NCBI GenBank assembly: GCA_004563595.2
Contig: CP042461.1
Location: 180,001-212,000, forward strand
Source of the DNA: Candidatus Saccharimonadota bacterium
Lineage (GTDB): Bacteria; Patescibacteriota; Gracilibacteria; BD1-5; UBA6164
Length of the DNA: 32,000 bases
Direction of reading: 5' to 3'
Shown: positions 19,571 through 30,446 of the stretch, piece after piece
Numbering within the stretch: the first letter of the stretch is position 1
Layout of the letters: every line of letters begins with the position of its first letter
The notes under the pieces: generated by a model
What the model saw: the letters and a program-made list of their open reading frames with translations, nothing else
Database searches by the model: none
What the model was told of the DNA's origin: nothing
Translations under genes and position numbers: made by a program

Positions 19571-22500
19571 ATGTTGAGAAAAGTTCTATTGAGCATATTG
19601 ATCGGTACTATCTTATTAAATTGAGGGCCTATTGTAAATGCGGCATGAGATGAGCCAAGTTATACAAAACTAACTGTGTTAGATTTACATACCTTCAATG
19701 AATATAGGTATAGAATTACTGATAAGTACTTTAATCTCAGAAACAAGTTTGAGATTGATGGAACTATAAATAGTAAAATTTCTGGAGAGATATTAGACCT
19801 TGCAAGGGAAGGGTACAACTATCTTCCGGATAATTTATCGAATAAAAACTTATATAATAAATTAAAAACATCTATAGAGAGAGGGAAAAAATTTCCAGAT
19901 AATGAATCAAATTATACAGCAATCGTTGTGGCTATTCAAAGCTATTTAGAAAAGGCAGATATTCAAAAAATTCAATGAAAAATTGAAACAGTAACAAAAG
20001 AATGAAATGCCCCTTTTTCTGCTACGTTAAGATGAAGAGTGAGTGATCCATCGGGAACAAAAATAGAGTCATATAACTACGTATGGTGGATTGATGTAGC
20101 ATGAAAGAGAAAAATTATATGAAAAAAGCCATCTATTAACTATATTTTTAAGGAAGAATGAAATTTTTCTGTATTTTTAGATGTTATTTCTAGTCACAAA
20201 AATACAAAATGATACACAGATGTGCTTCCTTTTAGATCAAGAGCTGATATTAAAGTAAAAGAAAAAATTGCATCAGTTATTATCAAAGTTAACTCTGATC
20301 GTTTAAGGCAAAAAGATGAATTAAAATTTACTCCAGACGAAGCAAGGTTTGGTTTACTTTTTGATGCTACCAGTTCAACCCCAGCGTCAGGAGGGAAATT
20401 TACAAATACATCATGGGATTTTTGAAATGGTTTGGAAAGGGAAAATTCATGAGATCCAAAAGTAGAAAGAGTTATATATGCAAAAGAGGGAGAATACACC
20501 GTTATATTGAAACTAAGAACAAATGAGAATAGAACTGCAGAGAGAAAGTTTATAGTTTCTATTCATGATCCTATTGCAACTATTAAAAGTTCTCAAGAAG
20601 ATTGATTCTTATGAGATAAGTTTACTTTTTCTGCAAAACCTTCATGAAATGATGATGATTTGAGCTACTCTTGGGAGATAGTTGATATAGAAAATGATAG
20701 TATTATTTTTAGAAAAACAGGGAGTTTATTTACCTATAGTTTTAAGGATAAGTGAAAATATAATGTTAAACTTAGAGTAACTGAGCCTTCGTGAGAAGAG
20801 GATATTGATACACAGATTATACATATTAATTCTCAAGCCCCGGTTGCTGATTTTAAAAATTCAAAACCATTTCCACATAAACCAAATACAGTTTTACTTG
20901 ATGCAACAAAGAGTTATGATCCAGATTTTTCTGATGATTGAAAGTTACAATTCTCATGGATTATTAATGGAGAAAGAAGAGTTTTAGATAGGCCAAACTT
21001 TAATGGTTCTATCTGATATTATACGTTTGATTCTATATGAGATCAAAGTGTTGTATTAGAGGTAGTTGATCCAGATAAAATACCATCTCAAAAAACAGAA
21101 AAAGTAAGGGTAGATTCTATTTTATCTGTTGATTTATTTGCTTTTCCAAGAGTAACTACTAGGGAAAATACTATTAGATTCGTTGCTCAATCCCCAGAAG
21201 CAAGATTTTATGAATGGGATTTTGGAGATGGAGAAAAAAAATGATCAAAGGAAGCAGAAATATCACACAAATATAAAAAAAGTTGAGTATTTACTGTAAA
21301 AATAAAGGTAATTGATAAAGAGGATAGAGAAAATACATTTCAAAAAAATGTATATATTTGAGAATCAAATAGTCCATTTGCATTTATAAATATTCAAAAC
21401 TGAGTGAGTCAGGAAGTGGCATATAAGCAGTGAGTATGTAATGGTGTATGAGCATATATTGTTGATAGAGTAAACATCACGAGGTTTTCGTGAGAAGAGA
21501 GTATTGATATTACTGGAAAAACTTCATGAATTTCATATTCGTGGAAGCTGTGAAGAGATCAGTATTTTTCATCAAGAGATTTTCCTCAAAAATTTGATGA
21601 ACTTGGTTGTGTTCCGTTGAAATTAACTGTAAAAAGTGATCAAAACTGAAGAACTCATAGTAGAACTGTATGGCTAAAAGTTGAAAATATCAAACCAACG
21701 TTATCATCCGTGAATGTACAAATTACAGATGAATCTACAGATCCTGTGATTGTAAAAGTAAGTGCTTTATGATCAAAAGATCTTGATGGAGTGATTCAAT
21801 CATACTTATGGTATTATTATACAGATATTGATTCTGAACCACAAGATTTTAGAGCAACTAAATCTTCAGCGACTACCTTTGTTTTACCAAAAATAACATG
21901 AAACTATTATTTTGTAGTGGTTATGAAAGATAATAATGAAGCAAGAGTCACCTCAGAAGAAGTAACGGGGTCAAAATATTTTGTAACACTTGCCTGAGAT
22001 AATATAAATACTCCTCTAGTAAAGTTAAGTGTGAATGACTCTTCTGTATCTATTTGAGATGAAGTCGTATTTACAGCAAAAGTTGAGAATATCCTCGGTC
22101 ATGATTTATCAAAAAAAGTAGAATATTCTTGGGACTTGGATGGAGATGGGTTTTATGAAAAAAAAGGTTCTCAAGCTACGATAACTCATAAATTTGAAAT
22201 CTCTTGAGAGTTACATCCAAAAGTAAAAGTAAAATACAAAGGCTTTAGTAGTACAAAAAATCTTACTGTAAATGTATCAAATATATTGAAACCAGATTTT
22301 TGATACATTTCAATTTGAAATAAATTCATTATTTTTGATAAGAGTATTTGAAAATATGATACAATTCAATGGAACTTAGGTGATGAAACAAAAGTTACAG
22401 ATAAGAATGTTTTCACTCATACATATGATGATGGGAAAGCATCTCATATGGTAGAATTAAAAATATCTGATGGGACAAAAGTAAAAACTATACAAATAAA

Positions 22501-25054
22501 AGTAACAAAAAATGTAAAGAATATTATTGAAGCAAAAAAGAAAGGACTTGTTTTATTCTCAAGCTCAGATATTTCTTCTGATGATGAACTTATATTAAAA
22601 AAAGCATCAGAAAAAGTATTTATATATTTAGGAGAGAGTAACCCTGATATATCAAACTATATTGCCGACTTTGATATTGAAAATGACTCAGACTTGAATT
22701 GAGGGAAAGATGATGATGAAGATAACAAGTCAGATGCAAGTTTTCGTTCATGAGACGCAGTTGAGATAAAATTAAATACAAATAAGCATCAAAAAGTTAG
22801 ATTGACTATAAAAGATAATTCATGATCTCTCGTAGAGAGTTATGACTTTATGATTGTGAAAGAATATATTGTAGAAGAAGAGATAGACCTGAGTAGTTTG
22901 AGTTTTGATTGAGTAACTGATGCAGAGTTATTAAAAATAGAAAAATTAAAGAGTTATATTTCTGATTTACCAAAGGGTGATAAACTAAAGGCATTAATGT
23001 ATGTTCAAAAACTTCAGGAAGAGTGGTTTGATGATACTGAAAAAACAAGAGTTATTCTTGAATTTGAATGATATATTTATGAAATAGATGCAAATAATGC
23101 AGAAGAAATAGTAAATGTTCTAGAGTCATTATTAATAGAGTGAGAAGAAGATAGAAGTGAAAGAAATATAACTTTTAATGCATTGAAGAACCTAATCCCT
23201 ACAAATATAAAATGTGGTGACCTAGGTGAAGCAACACCTGAAACTGATTCTAATACATGTTACACAGGATTAATAGAAAAATTAGAAACTATAAAAATAA
23301 ACAATAATATTGATGAGAATAGAGAGATAGCAAAAGGTATACTGAATGTTATCTGAGAAGATACAAGCATGACAGCAAAACAAAAAACTGATTTTAAGGC
23401 AATTTTAACAACGCTTGTATATGGCTGAGTTGATAATATTCCTGAACCAGTAAAGCAGGTTATTCAAGGTCCATGAGATGAAGAATGAAGTGATCTACTA
23501 TGATTATTAAAGTGGATACTTTTAGTTATTCTGTATATTATACTCGGGTTTATATGAATAATATTTGCATATTGGGTATACTATAAACTTATAAATAAAG
23601 ATGATAATGTATGATTTCAAGACTTTATTATAGAGAAAACTTCTTGAAAAAAAATACAAGATCCAGAACCTATGGATGATTCTTTAGATATTTTAAGTGA
23701 TCTATCAACTGATAAAGCGTGAGATGAAGCAGAGGAGTGAATGAAATGATCTGAAGAGGAATGAGAAGAAGAACAAATATGAGTTTCTCAGGTGGAAACG
23801 AAACCTACAGAAGCGAAAATAGTGGAACATAAACAAGAACAAAAAGTAGAAGCTCCAAAATGAGATGTTCCTGATTGGTTAAAAGGGAGTGTTTCTGATG
23901 ATGATTTTAAAAAAGAAGTAACTCAAATGAAAACGAAGATTACAGAAACAAAGTGAGTAGAACAAAAACAAGACCAAAAAATAGAAGTTACAAAGTGAGG
24001 TGTTCCTGATTGGTTAAAGTGAAGTTTTACTGAAGATGATACAATAAAGGATATAAAGAAAAAAGATGAAATTATTAAAACTGATGAGAAAATAAAAACA
24101 ACTCAAGTGGAAACCAAGGTTGTAGAAACAAAATCAGTGGAGCAAAAGCAAGAACAAAAAGTGGAACCTGCAAAATGAGATGTTCCTGATTGGTTAAGAG
24201 GTAGTTTTACTGAAGATGATAAAAGTAAGGATATAAAGAAAAAAAATATTAATAAAGGGAACCAACCAAAAAACAGAGAAGAAAATAAAGGTGAAAAGAC
24301 TATAGTTACTCCTAAAAAGGAGAATGTTTGAACTGATGAAAAGTTAAAAATTTTATCTAATGATGATTTAGATAAAATAACAAAAATAGATGAAGATGAT
24401 AATATTCCTGATTGGTTAAAGGGGAGTTTTGATGAAGAGAAGAAACAAAATGAAATACCTGCTGTAGATAAGAAACAAGAAAAAATAACTGTTGTAAGTA
24501 AAGAAATAGAGAGGAAACCAGAGAAGAAAGTAGATGTAAAAGAAAAAACTTTAAAGAAAGAAGAAAAGAAAGAGCTGAAAAAAGATGAACTTAAAAAAGA
24601 TATACCTAAGAAAACTGAGCAAAAAAAATCTGGTACACCACAAATCACAGTAAAAAAAGATATAACAAAATGAGTAGAAGAGAAAGGAAACATTAAGTCT
24701 GAAAAAGCAGTGATAGCACAGAGTAAAACAATTGTAAAAAAAGAAGAGACAGTGAAAAAAACTCAAATGACAAAAAATATAAAAGAAGAAGCCCTACAGG
24801 AAAAAAGTATAAAAGAAGTGAAACCTAAACCTAAACAGGAGAAAGTTAAGGAGGAAAAATCGAAACTAACTCCAGAAAAAAAAGGAGAAGCGAAACCAGA
24901 ACAAACGACTCCAGTGCTTAAAAAAGAGGAAGAAAAAAAGACAGAAACTAAAAAAGAACTTCTGAATAAAAAAGGTACAGAAAAGAAAAATGGTGAGTTA
25001 TGGGATGATGGTATGAAGATACCAGATTGGTTAAAAACAGAAGATGATAAATAA
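19571..25054 (+). CDS. giant surface protein, 1827 aa: signal peptide, about 8 PKD/Ig-like repeats, one TM helix, Lys/Glu-rich C-terminal tail with PDWLK motifs
   Basis: Signal peptide: MLRKVLLSILIGTILLNGGPIVNAA. PKD-type signatures: WDFGNG, YSWEIVD, FSWIING, YEWDFGDGE, YSWKLG, YSWDLDGDG, IQWNLGDE. The TM helix LLGLLKWILLVILYIILGFIGIIFAYWVYY lies at about 23497-23595. Track ORFs 19676, 20222, 22448 and 24710 (+) are all in this frame. Length is a multiple of 3. Confidence 0.85.
23861..24440 (+). repeat. coding repeats carrying the (G)DVPDWLKGSFxEDD motif; four copies here and a fifth at 25015-25054
   Basis: The string tgagatgttcctgattggttaa recurs at about 23861 and 24176. Variant copies lie at about 23996 and 24411. 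The first three share a preceding VEQKQ(E/D)QK(V/I)E segment. Confidence 0.8.
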
Positions 25055-25082
25055 AAAAAGCCTCAATTTTGAGGCTTTTTTT
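25054..25082. terminator. bidirectional terminator between the PKD gene and the inverted pilin gene
   Basis: aaaaaagcctc-aatttt-gaggctttttt. Confidence 0.7.
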
Positions 25083-25084
25083 AT

Positions 25085-26647
25085 TTATCTAATGTATAAA
25101 GATATTCTTTCTCATGCATAATTCCATACTGGAGATGTATCATTAAAATTAGCGTATAAATTTAAGGTGACATAATCATAATCATAAGCATTTCCATGAT
25201 TATAATATCAAGACCTTCCATTTCAAAATAATTTTTCCTTTGGTATAGAATTTCCAACATTATCTCAAGCTGAAGTCCAATTACTCATGTAATTTATTCA
25301 ATAAAAGTCCCAGTCATCAGATCAAGTAGGAGTATTGTCTCTATTCTCTTGCCAGAGTCAATGGTCATTATACCATCAAGCATCTCTATATATATTGATC
25401 CATTCATATTTTGAATTTATATTTGTAACATCTATTAATCAAGGGGTATATTGAACTCCATTCTCTTGAGCTTGTAGGAGTACATTTGATCAAATTATTA
25501 ATAATAATTCTTTAGTTCCGTCCGTGTAGTCTGTAATAGCTTTTGTGAAATCTGAATCTAAATCAAATCAGCTTCATGTATTACTAGAAATATCTAAAGT
25601 ACCTATTATATTTGTGGAATTATTTCAAATTAATTCCCACCCTCCTCAATTTGTAGTCATATTACAGTATACGCTAAATCAAGTTCAATTATCTTGTGGA
25701 TCAACTGTATATGTTCCATCTCAAGTTGAATCTCAATTGTTTAATATATCTTTACAACTTCATGGAAGTGTTTCTATGACTATCTCATTTGTATTACTTG
25801 GGGTACTATTATTCACTACAACCGAACCAGCAAATGCTATTTTTTCATCATCTGTAGTTTGAGCTAATAGTGTTTTGTAGATTCATTTATTTGCTAAGCT
25901 TGAACCTGTATAAGCTCACTTTAATACTTCATATACAGCCAACTTTTCTACTGTAGATGAGTCTCCATCGATAGATCAATTATATACAGATAATGATAAA
26001 CTGGATAATGCTCCTGTTGATACTGAAATTTTTGCAATTCACATATTTGGAATATTCGTTCCACCATTGGTTACTTGTGATTGTATAGAGTCTGAATCAA
26101 GCACTCATGGTAATGTATCTGCTGTTATAATACTGGGTGTTGGGATTATATAATTGGCTGTTTTGATGAAAAGTCAGTTATATGTTCCATCCATTCTTAC
26201 AGTTGTATTTGTTGCTGCATAGGTGGTATTTAATAGTCCATTACTTGATACATTACTTCATTCATATAAACTCATAAGCTCATATTCTTTTTTATTTTCA
26301 AGAGTAGAATATACATATTCTGTTCCATAGAGTGGATCAGTTGGTATTTTTGATAAATTCCTTGATAGGTTGGTTATAACTTGATTTCAGATCGTTCATT
26401 GATTCCATAGTGTAGATCAACTATATGTAACGTCTTGTGAATTATCTGGAAGTGGATATTTTCATGTTGCCAGAGAGAAAAGCTCCAGTGATATCTTGAT
26501 GTTATTTATATCACTTACTCTCGTACTATCTCTTGCATCTTCAGAGTATCATTGAAGACTTATAAAAGCTATGGTTCATAAAATAGCTAATATTGTAATT
26601 ACTACTATTAACTCAACCAGTGTAAAAGCTTGTTTGTGTGTGTTCAT
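25085..26647 (-). CDS. type IV pilin-like protein (B-type N-module) with C-terminal fibrinogen-like YCxxxxxGGGW domain, 520 aa
   Basis: The minus-strand translation starts MNTHKQA|FTLVELIVVITILAILGTIAFISLQGYSEDARDS. The first 270 aa or so are clearly paralogous to 12583-14145. They are followed by SCKDILNNGDSTGDGTYTVDPQDNGTGFSVYCNMTTNGGGWELI. Length is a multiple of 3. Confidence 0.85.
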
Positions 26648-26854
26648 AATTATCTATTTTAAATATATTATTTTTAGGATTTTTTTCCTATAAGGCTCTA
26701 TTAGCTGTAGATTACTATATTCATAATGAGATCATTTTCCAAAAGTTTTGTAAAATTCAGCTTTCTTATTTAAAAAAAGATGTGTTACTTGTTTTTTGTT
26801 GCTTTTATTTATTTTGAGATATAATACTTCACAAATATATATTTAATCAAACTT

Positions 26855-27562
26855 ATGGTTTCAGATAGAGACGTAAATACTGAAAATAAAAGTGAAGAAA
26901 CAAAAAGTTTTTCTTGAGAAGTAGTGGATTTTTTTAAGGACCTTGTAATCATTCTCATCATAGTTTTTGTTATTAGGACTTTTTTAGTCATGCCTTTTCA
27001 GATTAACGGGAGTTCTATGATGGAGTCTTATTATGATAGAGAATTTATAATTGTTGATAGGTTTTCATATATTACTTCAGATCCACAAAGGTGAGATGTT
27101 GTTGTTTTTAAGCCTCATGTAAGTAAAGATAAAGAATTCTTCTTAAAAAGAATTCTTGGGGTACCAGGAGATCATTTGAAGATTGAAAATGGGGATGTAT
27201 ATTTAAAAAAGAACTGAGAAGGAGATTATATACAGTTAGATGAAGAGTATTTAGCGGATGATAATAAATGATTTACTTTTGTTTGAAGAAATAAAAGTTG
27301 AGAAAAAACTGAGTATATTGTACCAACAGGGAAATACTTTGTTATGTGAGATAATAGAAACAATTCAACTGATTCAAGAGAATGTTTTTCTCGTTGTTCT
27401 TTAGAATGAGCTACTAATTTCGCATTTAAAAATGATCTTACATGAAGGGTTTTAATTGATTTATGATACTTCAACTTCACAACATTTTCTTTTGTACATC
27501 CTACTGATGGAAGAGATACCTTTCCTAGATTTTTAAATTCTCCAAGAAATTATGAGTATTAA
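26855..27562 (+). CDS. lepB: signal peptidase I (S26 family), 235 aa
   Basis: A TM segment is followed by PFQINGSSMMES (catalytic Ser box), RGDVVVFKP, LKRILGVPGD and YFVMGDNRNNSTDSR. Confidence 0.9.
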
Positions 27563-28427
27563 TTGATTCTTTTTGATAGATAAACCGATTGGGATTACCA
27601 GTTTTGATGTGTTGAGAAAGTTAAGAAAGATATTGAATCAAAAGAAAATGTGACACACATGAACTCTTGATCCTTTGGCAACAGGAGCTTTATTAGTCGC
27701 AGTTTGAAATTATACAAAACTTATCCCATATTTTGAAAAAGATATAAAAGAATATGTATTTCAGGTTGCTCTAGATGGAGTAACCGATTCTTTTGATGCA
27801 GAGACGGAGGTTCACTATATCTCAGAGAAACAACAGAGTCATTTTAGGGACCAATTAAAAATTGAGGATATAGATAAGATATTACAAGAAAGATTTAGCT
27901 GAGAGATAGAGCAAGTACCTCCAAAATATTCAGCAATTAAAATGGGATGAAGAAAGGCTCTAGATATGGTGAGAGCAGGAAAAGAGTTTGAAATGAAAAT
28001 AAGAAAAGTTACTATATATGAGATTGAGGTGTTAGAGTTTTCATACCCCTATGTGACTCTCAGAGCGTCTGTTTCGGCCGGAACATATATTAGAAGTATA
28101 GCAAAAGATTTGTGAGACATTATTTGATCGGGAGCATATATCAAAGAGTTGAGAAGAACAAAAATAGGGAGCTTAGATATATGAGTTTCACAGGGTTTAG
28201 AGAATTTTGATATGACAAAAACTCTGAATGAAGAGATACTTTTTTGAAAAGAGAGATTTATAGAGCTTTCAGATGATATTATTACAAAACTCAATCATGG
28301 TCTCACTGTAAGGGGGGATTTTGATTATGAAGATAATACAGATTATTTTCTTAGAAATAAGACATGAATTACAAATATTATTACTTGTGAGAAGCCTTTA
28401 TTAAAGCCTAAAAAAAGAATTTTATAA
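27552..28427 (+). CDS. truB: tRNA pseudouridine(55) synthase TruB, 291 aa; start overlaps the lepB stop by 11 nt
   Basis: Reads MSINGFFLIDKPIGITSFDVLRKLRK...KMGHTGTLDPLATGALLVAVG. GHTG is encoded tga-cac-aca-tga. Also QVPPKYSAIKMGG. Confidence 0.9.
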
Positions 28428-28493
28428 AAAAGGCAAAAAAGATTTGCTTTTCATCGTTTTTCTTATAAAATACACAAGCTTTTTAAAGCATAT

Positions 28494-28569
28494 GGGTTAT
28501 TAGCTCAGTTGGTAGAGCAGCTCCCTTTTAAGGAGAAGGTCCTGGGTTCGAGCCCCGGATGACCCACCA
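28494..28569 (+). tRNA. tRNA-Lys (anticodon UUU), 76 nt with encoded CCA
   Basis: Manual cloverleaf: acceptor gggttat/atgaccc, D-arm gctc-agttggta-gagc, anticodon stem gctcc/ggaga with loop c-t-TTT-a-a. T-arm ctggg-ttcgagc-cccgg, then discriminator a and cca. Confidence 0.88.
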
Positions 28570-28630
28570 TTTACATTAAACAAATAAAAAAGAGTCTTTG
28601 AGTTGCACCTCGAAGGCTCTTTTTTATGGG
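28564..28630 (+). repeat. direct repeat copy 1 (tRNA 3' end plus terminator)
   Basis: ccaccatttacattaaacaaataaaaaagagtctttgagttgcacctcgaaggctcttttttatgg recurs at 29677-29744 with a few substitutions. Confidence 0.75.
28591..28626 (+). terminator. rho-independent terminator after tRNA-Lys
   Basis: agagtctttgag / ttgcac / ctcgaaggctct forms a 12 bp stem with G-U pairs, followed by T6. Confidence 0.7.
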
Positions 28631-28760
28631 TTTAACCTTAGATTTTATCTATTTTGTATAGACTTTATGGTAAAAGAATTTTTAGTTAAGAAATTTAATT
28701 GCATTTTATTATATTTGTATATAATAAGTATATATTATTATTGATTAATAATCAAAAGAT

Positions 28761-29294
28761 ATGAACTGAAGTTTTTTATCATTAGCTAACTTGATTAGTA
28801 AAAAAGATACCACTGTAAAAATGAGTCAATTTGATTTTTGTGAGCCTGCTTTTTTATTATGAATATTATCATTGTATAAATCAGGTATAGTTGAGGTTGA
28901 TTGTAATAATATAGATATTGAAAATTATTTAAATAGAACAGATTTTTTAAAACATATTTGAGTAGATACTCGTAGTATTAATAGACAACATTCAAATAAT
29001 TTAGTTGAGATAACCCCTATTAATAAAAATACTTCATGAGTAGATACAAATAAGATTACAAAAAAAATTGTAAGTAATATATGAATAACATATGAAGTAG
29101 AAAATAAATTTATTTATGGTACATTAGAGTGGATATTTTGGGAATTAATTGATAATAGTATTCAACATTCAAATGCTGATTTTGAAAAAGGGTGATCTTA
29201 TTTTATGGTTCAATCATATCCTAAGAGAGGAGAGTTACATATTTGTATTGTAGATAATTGAATATGAATAAAAGAATCCTTGATCAAGAGTTAG
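28761..29294 (+). CDS. GHKL/histidine-kinase-like ATPase fragment, 177 aa (N box and G1 box present; ends before any G2 box or ATP lid)
   Basis: FWELIDNSIQHSN is N-box-like and HICIVDNGIGIKESL is G1-box-like. The TAG stop comes 10 codons after G1. Confidence 0.55.
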
Positions 29295-29336
29295 ACGATA
29301 AAGAATATGATGATTTATTTGTATAAAAATAAAATT

Positions 29337-29612
29337 ATGAAAACAATAAAATTAATACATTTTTGAAAAAACCTTGTTTCAAGACCTATTGCTAAACAAG
29401 TTTTTCTAGCAGCAGAAGTAAATAAATTCGAAGTTATGTTTGATTGTAAGGGGGTAGAGTTTATGTCATCTTCTTTTGCAGATGAACTCTTTGCAAAATG
29501 AAAAGATAGGTTTTGAAAGAAATTTAAAATAACAAATTTAAATAATCAACCATTATTGGTAGAAATTATAAAGCAATCTTTTATCACTAGGGATAAATTT
29601 ACAGTAGTGTAA
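29337..29612 (+). CDS. STAS-like (DUF4325-type) small protein, 91 aa
   Basis: Reads MKTIKLIHFGKNLVSRPIAKQVF...VMFDCKGVEFMSSSFADELF. This is the pattern of DUF4325 proteins, which commonly sit next to GHKL ATPases. Confidence 0.55.
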
Positions 29613-29676
29613 TTTCTATATTTTATCAATAATATATTGATATCCCCCAATTTCAGTTCTAACATGTTCTACTAAA

Positions 29677-29744
29677 CCTCACCATTACAATAAACAAATA
29701 AAAAAGAGTCTTTCAGTTGCATCTGGAAGGCTCTTTTCTGTGGC
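29677..29744 (+). repeat. direct repeat copy 2 (tRNA-end-like sequence plus terminator hairpin)
   Basis: cctcaccattacaataaacaaataaaaaagagtctttcagttgcatctggaaggctcttttctgtgg. The hairpin is retained through a compensatory G:C to C:G swap. Confidence 0.75.
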
Positions 29745-29802
29745 GAGTTTTGTGAGTAAAATAAGGTTATGTAAATAGGATAATTAATTTAGAATAGGGA
29801 AG

Positions 29803-29845
29803 GGTTTTGAGTTTGGATTTTTTTTGTTAATATAAGTGAAATTAA
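29803..29845 (+). promoter_or_regulatory. promoter-like module, copy 1 (TTGAGT-N17-ATATAAG)
   Basis: ggttttgagtttggattttttttgttaatataagtgaaattaa is paralogous to 30447-30490. Confidence 0.4.
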
Positions 29846-29881
29846 CTATATAAAACCTTTTGACCAATACTTGTTACATTA

Positions 29882-30403
29882 TTGAGTCTTTATTTTTTTA
29901 AAGAAACTTTAGTATTTAAAGAAATAATAGGGATACTTATTTGAATTTCGGTTCCATTACTGTTAATTACAAGTTCAGAAAATAAAAGACAAAAAAATTT
30001 ATATTGATGAATAGTTTTAGTTTTAATAACAGCTATTTTAACTGCTATTAGTTCTTGAATAAGCAAAGAAATAATGCTACAAGAATATAATGTAGCTATC
30101 TATCTTTTTATAGCATCAATTTTTTGATTAGTATTTTCTATCTTTTCATATTATTACTTAAATCATAGAAATAAAAAATATAATCATAAATGAATTTGAA
30201 AATTTTCTATAATAAGTTGAATCTTATATACAGCTTCTTTTATTACTTTTACGTTAGCATTAAAGTGAAATTTAGCAGTAGTATTTACTATAGGGTCATT
30301 TAGTATTCTCATTCCCATTATTCTTTCAATTATTTTTTATAAAGATCATTTTAACATGAAAAAATGACTTGTCATAGCTTTATCTATTATTTCTTTAGGT
30401 TAG
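29882..30403 (+). CDS. EamA/DMT-like small membrane protein, about 173 aa (start uncertain; TTG 29882 is the first plausible start after the frame opens at 29846)
   Basis: The frame is open to TAG 30401-30403 with many TGA=Gly. It is multi-pass hydrophobic, and the C-terminal pattern ALKGNLAVVFTIGSFSILIPIILSIIFYKDHFNMKKGLVIALSIISLG resembles the end of an EamA domain. Confidence 0.45.
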
Positions 30404-30446
30404 GATATAGTCATTTAATCCCTTACTCTCAGTTCTAACCTCAGAC

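Noticed and set aside
20805-20987. Track ORF (+) MIHRLYILILKPRLL...
   Set aside because: It is out of frame with the continuous 1827 aa PKD protein reading frame, so it is spurious.
24103-24766. A 196 aa minus-strand ORF (Phe/Ser-rich) and an overlapping 71 aa ORF.
   Set aside because: They are the antisense of the Lys/Glu-rich (AAA/GAA) tail of the PKD protein. The TTT/TTC/TCT codons simply mirror that low-complexity sequence.
10381-26647. A diversity-generating retroelement acting on the variable pilin heads.
   Set aside because: No reverse transcriptase ORF and no template/variable repeat pair with adenine-specific differences is visible in this window. The divergence looks like ordinary paralogue drift or selection.
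12583-26647. Invertible 14 kb segment mediated by the inverted B-type pilin N-modules.
   Set aside because: Nucleotide identity between the two copies is only moderate. The longest identical run I saw is about 23 nt, and no invertase or recombinase is present. It is noted only as a long-read check.
26855-27562. lepB next to a pilin gene as the pilin-processing peptidase.
   Set aside because: The motifs are those of type I signal peptidase (S26: SM..S, GDNR.NS.DSR), not an aspartic prepilin peptidase (PilD/A24). The adjacency is probably coincidental.
28630-29677. An intact mobile element or prophage at tRNA-Lys.
   Set aside because: There are no integrase, transposase or phage genes. Only the direct repeats suggest past integration, so it is reported as a putative scar rather than a mobile_element feature.
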